Of a DNA stretch of 26,647 bases, positions 1 through 7,945 are shown in pieces. The stretch spans positions 1 through 26,647 of the forward strand of contig JBMYNR010000023.1 in NCBI GenBank assembly GCA_049598495.1. The letters are read 5' to 3'. Each line of letters opens with the position of its first letter. Position 1 is the stretch's first letter. Both the position numbers and the translations under genes were made by a program. The notes under the pieces were generated by a model. The model searched no databases. It saw only the letters and a list, made by a program, of their open reading frames with translations, and had not been told where the DNA came from. The DNA is from Opitutales bacterium (GTDB lineage Bacteria; Verrucomicrobiota; Verrucomicrobiia; Opitutales; Coraliomargaritaceae).

Positions 1-149
1 TGGATTATAATTTGCTTTGAAGTGTTCCTGCTTCGCTTTTTGTATCCACAGCTCAACGACACACTCGCCTACAATGCGTCAACGGCTGTCGCGGTCCACT
101 CGGCTCTCGCCTGATATGTCCTGAGTTCACTGGACAGTGGATTCCTCTA

Positions 150-383
150 TTGGAGAAGTTCACTTACGGCTACGATAAAGCCGGCAACCGCACCAGTGTG
201 ACCACAGGAACTGCCAACACCAACTACGCCGCCAATCAGCTCAACCAGGCCACTGCCAAGCAGGGGCACGGCCCAACCCGCTTCAGCGGCACCATCGACG
301 AGCCTGCCCGCGTCACCGTCAGCGGGCAATCGGCGACCGTGATGTCCGATGGCGGGGTAACCTACGTTATCTCTAGGGGATGA
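150..383 (+). pseudogene. Fragment of an RHS/YD-repeat protein
   Basis: 'FTYGYDKAGNRTSVT...NYAANQLNQ' is a YD/RHS repeat. The ORF is only 77 aa with a TTG start, and has no RHS core end (DPxG) or toxin tip. Confidence 0.65.
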
Positions 384-433
384 CTTTCCGGGGAATCCAC
401 GTGTCAGTTTTCAGTATTAGCTGTTTTGTGACC

Positions 434-462
434 TTGTATTTCTCGCTAAGGCATCGTATTCT
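434..462 (+). promoter_or_regulatory. Candidate sigma70 promoter for the phasin-like/four-helix/ubiB unit
   Basis: TTGTAT(434-439)-17 nt-TATTCT(457-462), ending 9 nt before the ATG at 472. Confidence 0.4.
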
Positions 463-471
463 ATCAACGTT

Positions 472-786
472 ATGATCGAACTTGTGAAAAAGACTATGTT
501 GGCCAGCGTAGGATTGGCTGTCGTGACGAAAGACAAGGTGCTGGAGTCGCTCGATGAATTGGTGGAGAAGGGCAATCTGACTAAAGAGGAGGCTGCCAGG
601 ATGTCGGAGAAGATTGTCGAAGAAGGAAAGGTTGAGACGGAAAAGGCAAAAACCGAAGCCAGTAGGCTCTTTAACGAGATGTTGCACCGGGCAAATTTAG
701 TGACGAGGGATCAATACGACGAACTCGCTGCCCGTGTGACTGAACTGGAGGGGAAGCTGCATAAGGAATTTCCGAATGAGGACTAG
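472..786 (+). CDS. Phasin-like coiled-coil protein (COG3937-like)
   Basis: 'GLAVVTKDKV...DELVEKGNLTKEEA...LVTRDQYDELAARVTELE' matches the small phasin-like family usually found upstream of AarF/UbiB kinases. Confidence 0.8.
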   Translation: MIELVKKTMLASVGLAVVTKDKVLESLDELVEKGNLTKEEAARMSEKIVEEGKVETEKAKTEASRLFNEMLHRANLVTRDQYDELAARVTELEGKLHKEFPNED

Positions 787-787
787 T

Positions 788-812
788 GTTGTTCGTTGAA
801 CGTTGATGGTTG
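788..812 (+). repeat. Left heptamer-periodic array (GTTGNNN)x3+GTTG
   Basis: GTTG at 788, 795, 802 and 809. Confidence 0.85.
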
Positions 813-816
813 CCCG

Positions 817-1194
817 ATGGCTCGGATAGACAGCTTCGAAGAGCTCGACTGCTGGAAGGCGTGCCGTGAATTGAGGCAGTTCATCAACGAAAAGGTGTTA
901 CCCCAATTGCCATCGGAAGAACGTTATAGGTTGGTTGATCAGCTGATTCGAGCTTCTCGTTCAGCAACAGCAAATATTGCTGAAGGGTTTGGCCGGCGCC
1001 ATTTTCTTGATAACGCGAAATTTATTCGGAATAGCCTTGGGTCGCAGCACGAGTGTTTGGATCACCTAATTACAGCTGTCGTCGAAGGTTTGATCTCGGA
1101 TGTTTTACTCGAGGAATTTAGACCTGTGTTTCAAAGATCTCTGGCGCTCAGCAATGGTTATGCTGCCTACTTAGCAAAAGCCGCTAAGCAGTGA
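817..1194 (+). CDS. Four helix bundle protein (23S rRNA intervening-sequence protein family, bAvd-like fold)
   Basis: Motifs 'FEELDCWK', 'EERYRLVDQLIRASRSATANIAEGFGR' and 'F..S.GS..E'. ATG 817 is preferred over TTG 796, which lies inside the repeat array. Confidence 0.9.
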   Translation: MARIDSFEELDCWKACRELRQFINEKVLPQLPSEERYRLVDQLIRASRSATANIAEGFGRRHFLDNAKFIRNSLGSQHECLDHLITAVVEGLISDVLLEEFRPVFQRSLALSNGYAAYLAKAAKQ

Positions 1195-1201
1195 CTTCTT
1201 A

Positions 1202-1231
1202 CAACCATCAACAAACAACTCTCAACTCAAC
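1202..1231 (+). repeat. Right heptamer-periodic array (CAACNNN), inverted relative to 788-812
   Basis: CAAC at 1202, 1209, 1216 and 1223 (plus 1228). 1202-1212 is the exact reverse complement of 802-812. Confidence 0.85.
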
Positions 1232-1234
1232 CCC

Positions 1235-2881
1235 ATGAAACCCTTTAATTATCTCGCCAATGCCCTACGTGCTCCGGAGATCGTGGCGATTCTTGTGCGC
1301 TGGGGTTTCGAGGACTTGTTGCTGCAGTTGGATACACCGCATTTTCTTTTGCGGAATTTGGTAAGAAAAAAGGTGGCGCATCTGACTCCTTATGAGCGGA
1401 TTCGTAACGCCTGTGAAGAGCTTGGGCCGATCTTCGTTAAGTTCGGACAGATCCTTAGCACGCGGCCTGATCGCCTGCCGGAGCCGCTCGTTATGGAGCT
1501 TAAGAAGTTGCGCAATGATGTGGAGCGGCAACCTTTTGAGAAAATTAAATCCGTCGCCCTTGAGGCCCTCGACTGCGAGTTGGAAGACGTTTTCTCAAGC
1601 TTCAATCCCGAGCCGATTGCCGCCGGATCACTTGGTCAGGTATACCGGGCGAAGTTGTTGAAGGGCGGAGAGGAAGTCGCAGTTAAGATCCAGCGCTCGG
1701 AAATCCAAAAAACGATTTCCTCGGATATGGAGATCATTGGCTGGTTTGCTCGGCAGCTTCACGCCCGGATTGAAGAGCTGCGTCCGTATCAATTGCCCTC
1801 GCTCGTCAAGGAGGCGGAGAAACGACTGGAGGAGGAACTCGATTACCGTAATGAAGCAGACAACGCGGAGATTTTTCTGGCTCTCAATACGGAGCATCCG
1901 AATGTCTTTGCGCCAACGGTCTTCCGTGAATACACCTCGCGTCGCTTGCTGGTCACTGAGTGGATCGACGGTGTGTCTCCCGATCAGATCACGCTCGATC
2001 CAGGGGAGGCTCAAAGGATTGCGCGAATGGGCGGTGAGTCCATTTTTCACCAAATCGTTGGTACGGGGTTTTTCCATTCCGATCCGCATTCCGGTAATAT
2101 GTTGATTACGGACGATCACCGAATTTGTTTCATTGACTGGGGCCAGGCTGGCCAGATTTCCCTCCAGATGCGCTATCACTTAGCGGATTTGTTTGTCGCG
2201 ATCACTGACCGTAATGCAGAAAAAGTCATTCACGTTGCTGAGTTGATGTCTTCTAACAACCGACGTATTGACCGCCGTCGCCTTGAAAAGGAGATCACCT
2301 ATCTCTTGAATAAACATCGCAAGTTTGGCCCATCGGGGACGAAGTTGGGAACCGTCGGCCTGGAGTTGCTCTACTTGTTCGGCATAAATGGGATTGAAGT
2401 ATCGTCCGACTATGCGCTCCTCACGAAGTCGATTTTATGTGTTGAGGAGACCGCGCGTGTCTTGGATCCCGGTTTTGACATTCAAGAAGTGGCGCGGCCC
2501 TATCTGATGAAGCTAAATTCGGAACGCTGGAGTTTAGAGGGTATCCAGCGCCAGCTGCTCTTTCCTTTGGTCAATATGATGCGGAGCCTGCAAAGAATCC
2601 CGGAGAATGCGCAACGGATTTTGCAACGGGTTGAAGAAGAGGAGCTTCAAATCAATTTTCACCACACCGGCACGGAGAAATTACAGGAGACCTTTAATGC
2701 GTCCATGAATCGGCTCACTGTCGGCATTATTCTAGGTTCGCTTTTGGTTGGTTCGTCTCTCGTGATTACAACGGGCGTGAAGCCGCTTCTCTTTGGCTAT
2801 CCGGTTCTTGGAATCATCGGTTTTCTTGCCTCCGGCTTGCTGGGTATGTACATCGTGGTTTCAACAATTCGGAAGCATTGA
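1235..2881 (+). CDS. ubiB: AarF/ABC1/UbiB family atypical kinase
   Basis: KFGQILSTRPD (KxGQ), AAGSLGQVY, VAVKIQ, EELDY, HSDPHSGN, IDWG, and two C-terminal hydrophobic helices. The family call is firm; a role in ubiquinone synthesis is not. Confidence 0.9.
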   Translation: MKPFNYLANALRAPEIVAILVRWGFEDLLLQLDTPHFLLRNLVRKKVAHLTPYERIRNACEELGPIFVKFGQILSTRPDRLPEPLVMELKKLRNDVERQPFEKIKSVALEALDCELEDVFSSFNPEPIAAGSLGQVYRAKLLKGGEEVAVKIQRSEIQKTISSDMEIIGWFARQLHARIEELRPYQLPSLVKEAEKRLEEELDYRNEADNAEIFLALNTEHPNVFAPTVFREYTSRRLLVTEWIDGVSPDQITLDPGEAQRIARMGGESIFHQIVGTGFFHSDPHSGNMLITDDHRICFIDWGQAGQISLQMRYHLADLFVAITDRNAEKVIHVAELMSSNNRRIDRRRLEKEITYLLNKHRKFGPSGTKLGTVGLELLYLFGINGIEVSSDYALLTKSILCVEETARVLDPGFDIQEVARPYLMKLNSERWSLEGIQRQLLFPLVNMMRSLQRIPENAQRILQRVEEEELQINFHHTGTEKLQETFNASMNRLTVGIILGSLLVGSSLVITTGVKPLLFGYPVLGIIGFLASGLLGMYIVVSTIRKH

Positions 2882-2981
2882 ACCCAGTAATTGAGCGGGA
2901 AGACACGGAGCGGTTGAGCAGACCACTCTGGTGCATTTTGTGGACCGCTAAAACCAATTCGCAAAAGGTCTGACCTTTAAG

Positions 2982-3085
2982 GTAGGGACGCATGCCCTCA
3001 TGCGTCCGCTGCGTCCTGCAAGTATCTCGGACGGCTTCCCGCTTCGCAGAAGCTACGCCGGACACGGGAGGGCAGCCGTCCCTAC
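2982..3085. repeat. GTAG-type REP doublet with nested insert
   Basis: GTAG-GGACGCATG-ccct-CATGCGTCC (2982-3007) and GGACGGCT...AGCCGTCC-CTAC (3029-3085), between convergent genes. Confidence 0.75.
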
Positions 3086-3339
3086 CTTTGTAACCAGTTC
3101 AAACTTTTTGGCAGGCGGTATGAGTCGCTACGGAAAGCGGTGTGTGCAGCCGAAACTTCGACGAAGAATGGAAGCTACCATCAGCCTGTGATGCGCGTTT
3201 ATCATCGGTTTCTAGCTATGTTGGAATTTTGGCGGCATCAGCAAGCAAAGGCTCGATACCTTTGAACGGATCGAGTCAAAGCCATCTCAATTTTGTCTAA
3301 GGGTATAAGTCATGGTAAACGCAGAACAGCTAGTTCGCT

Positions 3340-4362
3340 TTAATCGGTTCCGTTCTCTGCGAAGAACTCCTGGAGCACCTCCATTTTCTTTCGTTCGACC
3401 CGAGCCTCATGAATTTCCTGTTTGCTGCGTTGACGTTCATTATCGGTCATGAGCCGACGCATCTTGTGAATGGCTATGTTCTGTATCTGACGGACGCGTT
3501 CGCGTGTAATGTGAAATTTCTCGCCGACCTCCTCAAGGGTAAGTGGGCGGCTGCCGTCGAGCCCAAAACGCAGCTGTATGATTTCAGCCTCTCGGTCATC
3601 GAGTCGAGTGATAACCGATTTGATGTCCTTGCTGATCGACTTTTGCTGTAGGTTCTCAAGCGGCGTGGTTTCGCTTTCGTCTCCGACCAACTCACCGAAG
3701 GTGGTGTCGCCGTCTTCACCGACGGGAGCATCCAGTGATGCGGGGCGCACGCTGACTGATTTGAGGTGGGCGACTTTGTTGATCGGCATGTCCATCGCGT
3801 ATGCGATTTCCTCATCGGTCGGTTCTCGGTCGAGTTCGTCTGCAAGCTGTGCGGTGATTTTGCGCATTCGCGCGATGCGGTCGACTAGATGCACGGGCAA
3901 ACGGATCGTCTTACTTTGATTAGCGAGTGCCCGTTTGATGGATTGTTTGATCCACCAGGCCGCATAGGTGCTGAGCTTTCCTCCCTTGGATGGGTCGAAA
4001 CGCTCGACGGCCTTCACCAACCCGATGTTGCCTTCGCTAATCAGATCGAGGAGTGGCAGACCAAAATTGTTATAATCGTATGCAATCTTCACCACGAGGC
4101 GAAGATTGGCTGAGATCATGTGGTCGCGTGCTTCCTTGTCCCCCTTGCGGATGCGCTCGGCAAGCTCAACTTCTTCTTCCTTCGTCAGAAGCGGGGTCTT
4201 GCCGATTTCCTGCATGTAGGTTCGCATGACATTCCTATCGGTGGACGGTAAATCCCGCACATCCGTAATTTCCTCCTGATCATCAGTTTGAGACCGAGGA
4301 ACACTGGAAAGCCGAGGAGCGGTGGAAGGTCGGGTCCGAGTTTTGTTTGCAGCTGGTAGCAT
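3340..4362 (-). CDS. RNA polymerase sigma-70 factor, RpoD/SigA family (no region 1.1)
   Basis: Region 1.2 YMQEIGKTPLLT, 2.1 ANLRLVVKIA, 2.2 DLISEGNIGL, 2.3-2.4 STYAAWWIKQ, 3.0 TIRLPVH, 4.2 TLEEVG..ITRERVRQI. Start uncertain. Confidence 0.93.
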   Translation of the reverse strand: MLPAANKTRTRPSTAPRLSSVPRSQTDDQEEITDVRDLPSTDRNVMRTYMQEIGKTPLLTKEEEVELAERIRKGDKEARDHMISANLRLVVKIAYDYNNFGLPLLDLISEGNIGLVKAVERFDPSKGGKLSTYAAWWIKQSIKRALANQSKTIRLPVHLVDRIARMRKITAQLADELDREPTDEEIAYAMDMPINKVAHLKSVSVRPASLDAPVGEDGDTTFGELVGDESETTPLENLQQKSISKDIKSVITRLDDREAEIIQLRFGLDGSRPLTLEEVGEKFHITRERVRQIQNIAIHKMRRLMTDNERQRSKQEIHEARVERKKMEVLQEFFAENGTD

Positions 4363-4474
4363 CTTGCTTCGATCGGGCTGGGTAAATCACCCGCCTGTAT
4401 GAATTGTCGAGCTTTGGATGATTCCAAAGTCCATAGATCAATCGAAGTCTTCGGTAACAGCTTACAGTATAGGT

Positions 4475-5968
4475 CTAGTTTTCGAACATGTTTTCCGCCA
4501 AAGCGACGGCTTTCAGCATGGCTTTAGCCTTGTTCACGGTTTCCATGAACTCGTTTTCAGGGATGGAATCGGCGACGATGCCCGCACCTGATTGTATATA
4601 GATTTTTCCCTCTTGGATCACTGCCGTACGGATGCCAATGCAGGAATCGTGGTTTCCATTGTAGCCGAAGTAGCCCAATGCGCCCCCGTAGACCCCCCGT
4701 TGAGTCTGCTCGAGTTCGGCGATGATCTGGAGGGCGCGCACCTTGGGTGCCCCGCTCAGCGTCCCTGCAGGAAACGTTGCCCGCATTAGGTCGTAGGCGT
4801 TGCAGGCCTCACGGATGGTGCCGACCACCTGCGATACAATGTGCATAACATGTGAATAACGCTCGATGGTCATGTAGTCGGGAACGTGAATCGTGCCAAA
4901 TTGACATACACGGCCGATATCATTGCGAGCAAGATCGACAAGCATGAGATGCTCCGCCTTCTCTTTCTCATCGGCCAGCAAATCAGCTTCCAGAGCCAGA
5001 TCCTCGGCCTCGGTTGCACCGCGGTGCCGGGTGCCTGCGATCGGCCGAATCTCCACCTGGTCTCCGGTGAGGCGAACATGCACTTCGGGGGAGGCGCCTA
5101 CAACCGAGAATGCAGCGTCCTCCATCAGAAACATATAGGGAGATGGATTGACTGTTCTTAGCGCTCGATAGAGGTCGATAGGCTGGGGTGAGAATCCCTT
5201 CTCAAAACGTTGAGAAAGAACGGTTTGAATCACATCTCCAGAGCGGATATAGTCCTTTACCCGGTCGACCGCTTCCTTGAATCGCTCGCGGGTAAAATTA
5301 CCTTTTGGCACACTGATTTCTTGGGACGGACCGATGGGGCGGTGAGCGAATTTTTGGGGACGTTCCAGCAGGGAGTAGATCCGCTCGATTTCAGCGACTG
5401 CTGAGTCGTAGCTGGAGTCGATTTCCTTGCCCTCAGTGTTCGCCTGCACGCAAATACGGAGAACCTGCCGAACATGGTCAAAGATGAGCACCGAATCTGT
5501 GATCAGGTAGTAGAGAATGGGCACCTTTAGCGGGTTTTCTTCGGGTTCTGGGACCGTCGGTTCGATTCTGTGAATAAACTCGTGCCCGACGAAGCCTACG
5601 GCACCCCCCGAGAAGGGCGGCATGCCCGGGATCTCAACCGGTTGATACTGAGCCATCTCCGCTTCGATCAAGGTCAGTGGATCAGGTGGTGTCTCCACTG
5701 TTTCGATGGATCCGTCTTTGCTTTGAATCGTGGTTTCTTTGTCAAATACACGAAAAACCTTTCGCGGATTGGCGCCCATGAAGGAGAATCGACTGATGCG
5801 TTCTCCGCCGACGATGGATTCGAATAGGAAGGAAGGTCCCTCGTGGCAGATTTTCGAGTAAGCGCCGAGTGGCGTCTCGCAGTCCGCAGTGAGATCGAGA
5901 AAGACGGGAATCGTGTTTCCTTTCGAGGCGAGAGCTTCGAATTCAGATCTGGAGGGTTGAATGTTCAT
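4475..5968 (-). CDS. trpE: Anthranilate synthase component I
   Basis: FLFES, NPSPYMF, ASPE, PIAGT, EHLMLVDLARND, HVMHIVS, FPAGTLSGAPK. Confidence 0.95.
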   Translation of the reverse strand: MNIQPSRSEFEALASKGNTIPVFLDLTADCETPLGAYSKICHEGPSFLFESIVGGERISRFSFMGANPRKVFRVFDKETTIQSKDGSIETVETPPDPLTLIEAEMAQYQPVEIPGMPPFSGGAVGFVGHEFIHRIEPTVPEPEENPLKVPILYYLITDSVLIFDHVRQVLRICVQANTEGKEIDSSYDSAVAEIERIYSLLERPQKFAHRPIGPSQEISVPKGNFTRERFKEAVDRVKDYIRSGDVIQTVLSQRFEKGFSPQPIDLYRALRTVNPSPYMFLMEDAAFSVVGASPEVHVRLTGDQVEIRPIAGTRHRGATEAEDLALEADLLADEKEKAEHLMLVDLARNDIGRVCQFGTIHVPDYMTIERYSHVMHIVSQVVGTIREACNAYDLMRATFPAGTLSGAPKVRALQIIAELEQTQRGVYGGALGYFGYNGNHDSCIGIRTAVIQEGKIYIQSGAGIVADSIPENEFMETVNKAKAMLKAVALAENMFEN

Positions 5969-6025
5969 TCGTCAATGCTCGAACGTTGAAGATCGGATTC
6001 GTTAGGTCGATTTAATTTTTGCTTA

Positions 6026-6086
6026 TAGGGCTCGACCAACCGTCTTCGCTCGCCGAGCTACGCCGAGTCAAAAGGTCGGGCTCTAC
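6026..6086. repeat. REP-like palindrome with nested CTTCGC..GCTACGCCG insert
   Basis: TAGGGCTCGACC (6026-6037) pairs with GGTCGGGCTCTA (6074-6085), with two G-U wobbles on the + strand. TAGGGCTCGA also occurs at 14042. Confidence 0.7.
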
Positions 6087-6091
6087 AATTT

Positions 6092-7231
6092 TTAATTCGA
6101 TAACTTTTTATAATGGGCTTGGGCAGCTTCGAGAGTCGCTTCGACATCATTGCCCAAGAGGTTGAAGTGACCCATTTTTCGGCCGGGGCGAGCCTCGCCT
6201 TTATCGTAGAGGTGCAACTTGGCGTTTGGGTCGGAGAGGAGGCCTTCCCAGTTTGGTTCGCCCTGTTCCCATATATCGCCAAGCAGGTTGATCATGACTG
6301 TCGGGCGGTTGAGCTCCACCGAACCGAAGGGCAGGTCGGTGACCGCTCGGATGTGTTGTTCGAACTGGCTGGTGACGCAACCGTCCATCGTATAGTGTCC
6401 AGAGTTGTGGGGACGTGGCGCCATCTCATTGATGATCAGGTTCCCGTCCTCTTTGAGGAAGAGTTCCACTGCGATGAGTCCTACAAGCTCAAGTCGGTCT
6501 GCAATCTCATAGGCAAGTTCAGCACCGGTCTTCTGTGTGGCATCAGTCACGCGTGCCGGCACGATCGAGGCGTGTAGGATGTGATGGACATGGATATTTT
6601 CTGCCATCGGAAAGCTGATCTTGCTCCCGTCGGCTTTCCGCGCGCAGACCACGGAAAACTCGCCGACATGGTGGATCCATTTTTCAACCACGACACGGGG
6701 CGGGTTGCCCAGGTAATCCCATAGGTAATCACAATCGGCTGCTTCCTCAGCCGCGTTGAGTTTGATTTGACCCTTCCCGTCATAACCGAAGGCTGCGGTC
6801 TTGATAACGCAGGGAAAGCCGATCGCCTCGACTGCAGTCTTCAGACTGTTAGCGGAATCGGCATACTCAAAGGGCACGCAGGGAAGCCCGCTTTCTTTAA
6901 GAAAGTCCTTTTCCCTCTGACGATGCTGACAGATGTGCAGAGCGTGCATGCCGGGCATGACCGGCTTGATAGCGCTCAATAGATCGATCACCTTCGACGG
7001 GATGTTCTCGAACTCCAGTGTGATGATATCGACCCCTTCGGCAAATGCCTTCAATGCGGCTTCGTCCGTGTATTCCGCATTGATTTCCCTATCCGCTACC
7101 ATGCCCGCGGCGCAGGGGCCTTTCGGTTCAAAGACGTGGAATCGATAGCCGTGGTTTCGGCCCGCGAGAATGAGCATGCGGCCGAGCTGTCCCCCGCCAA
7201 GGATACCGATTTTACTACCTGGTGTGATCAT
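6092..7231 (-). CDS. purK: N5-carboxyaminoimidazole ribonucleotide synthase
   Basis: IGILGGGQLGRML, TLEFEN, GYDGKGQ, NEMAPRPHNSGH, GRKMGH. ATG 7231 chosen as start. Confidence 0.96.
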   Translation of the reverse strand: MITPGSKIGILGGGQLGRMLILAGRNHGYRFHVFEPKGPCAAGMVADREINAEYTDEAALKAFAEGVDIITLEFENIPSKVIDLLSAIKPVMPGMHALHICQHRQREKDFLKESGLPCVPFEYADSANSLKTAVEAIGFPCVIKTAAFGYDGKGQIKLNAAEEAADCDYLWDYLGNPPRVVVEKWIHHVGEFSVVCARKADGSKISFPMAENIHVHHILHASIVPARVTDATQKTGAELAYEIADRLELVGLIAVELFLKEDGNLIINEMAPRPHNSGHYTMDGCVTSQFEQHIRAVTDLPFGSVELNRPTVMINLLGDIWEQGEPNWEGLLSDPNAKLHLYDKGEARPGRKMGHFNLLGNDVEATLEAAQAHYKKLSN

Positions 7232-7262
7232 TTTTAGTATCTGAGAAAAATGGAAATCCTGC

Positions 7263-7331
7263 AACACGACGACGAGCGTCGTTGTGAGGAACGGCCGAAC
7301 GGCTCAACACTGGCTCTCGCCAGCGTTCTAC
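7263..7331. repeat. GTAG-type REP doublet (one arm degenerate) in the purE-purK spacer
   Basis: The minus strand reads GTAG-AACGCTGGC-gaga-GCCAGTGTT (7331-7306). A second imperfect palindrome CACGACG...CGTCGTTGTG lies at about 7265-7286. Confidence 0.6.
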
Positions 7332-7344
7332 GGATGATCTCGGG

Positions 7345-7851
7345 TCATGCCTCCGGCAACTCCGTATCAAGCACAGTTTGTGTCTGCTTTGCCCGGAATA
7401 CTTTGAGCCGTTTGCCAATTCCAGAATCGTTGAGCGAGAGAATGGAAGCGGCGGACAGCGCGGCGTTCTTGGCACCGGCGACACCGATCGCGAGTGTCAT
7501 CACGGGGATTCCCGCGGGCATTTGAACAATCGATAGGAGTGAGTCCTGCCCGCTGAGGGCTTTGGATTGAACAGGAACACCGAGAACGGGCAGATGCGTC
7601 ATGGCCGCCGTCATTCCAGGTAGGTGCGCGGCTCCACCTGCCCCGGCGATGATGACCTGAAGTCCGCGCCCTTCGGCTTCTTCGGCGTAGCTGTAAAGAA
7701 GTTTCGGCGTGCGGTGAGCGCTCACAATCTTTGTTTCGAAGGGAATCTCAAGCTCCTTGAGCAGGGCCGCGGCCTCGCCCATGGTGCTCCAGTCCGACTG
7801 GCTTCCCATAATGATTCCGACGACCGGTTTTTCTGCTACGCTGTTATCCAT
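7345..7851 (-). CDS. purE: N5-CAIR mutase
   Basis: [46 protein letters not shown] 7851 chosen as start. Confidence 0.97.
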   Translation of the reverse strand: MDNSVAEKPVVGIIMGSQSDWSTMGEAAALLKELEIPFETKIVSAHRTPKLLYSYAEEAEGRGLQVIIAGAGGAAHLPGMTAAMTHLPVLGVPVQSKALSGQDSLLSIVQMPAGIPVMTLAIGVAGAKNAALSAASILSLNDSGIGKRLKVFRAKQTQTVLDTELPEA

Positions 7852-7945
7852 GGAAGGAGAGAAGCGAATTTCTGGAAGGAATTCAATCTCGTATCCTGAG
7901 AAACGACGGGTGTGTCTCCCAATACGACTTCCATTAGAACTGGTA

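Noticed and set aside
1..149. Possible integron attC (GTTGAGC on the minus strand near 51-57) or gene fragment
   Set aside because: No matching RYYYAAC inverse core or convincing stem, and the short frames have no recognisable motif.
788..1231. Periodic repeats read as a CRISPR array or DGR
   Set aside because: The units are 7 bp with no spacers or cas genes. No reverse transcriptase or TR/VR pair was seen, despite the Avd-like fold.
3000..3191. 63-aa ORF
   Set aside because: It runs through the REP doublet and nested repeat and has no protein-like motif.
5969..6091. trp attenuator upstream of trpE
   Set aside because: No Trp-codon leader peptide or T-box; the hairpin is explained by the REP-like element.
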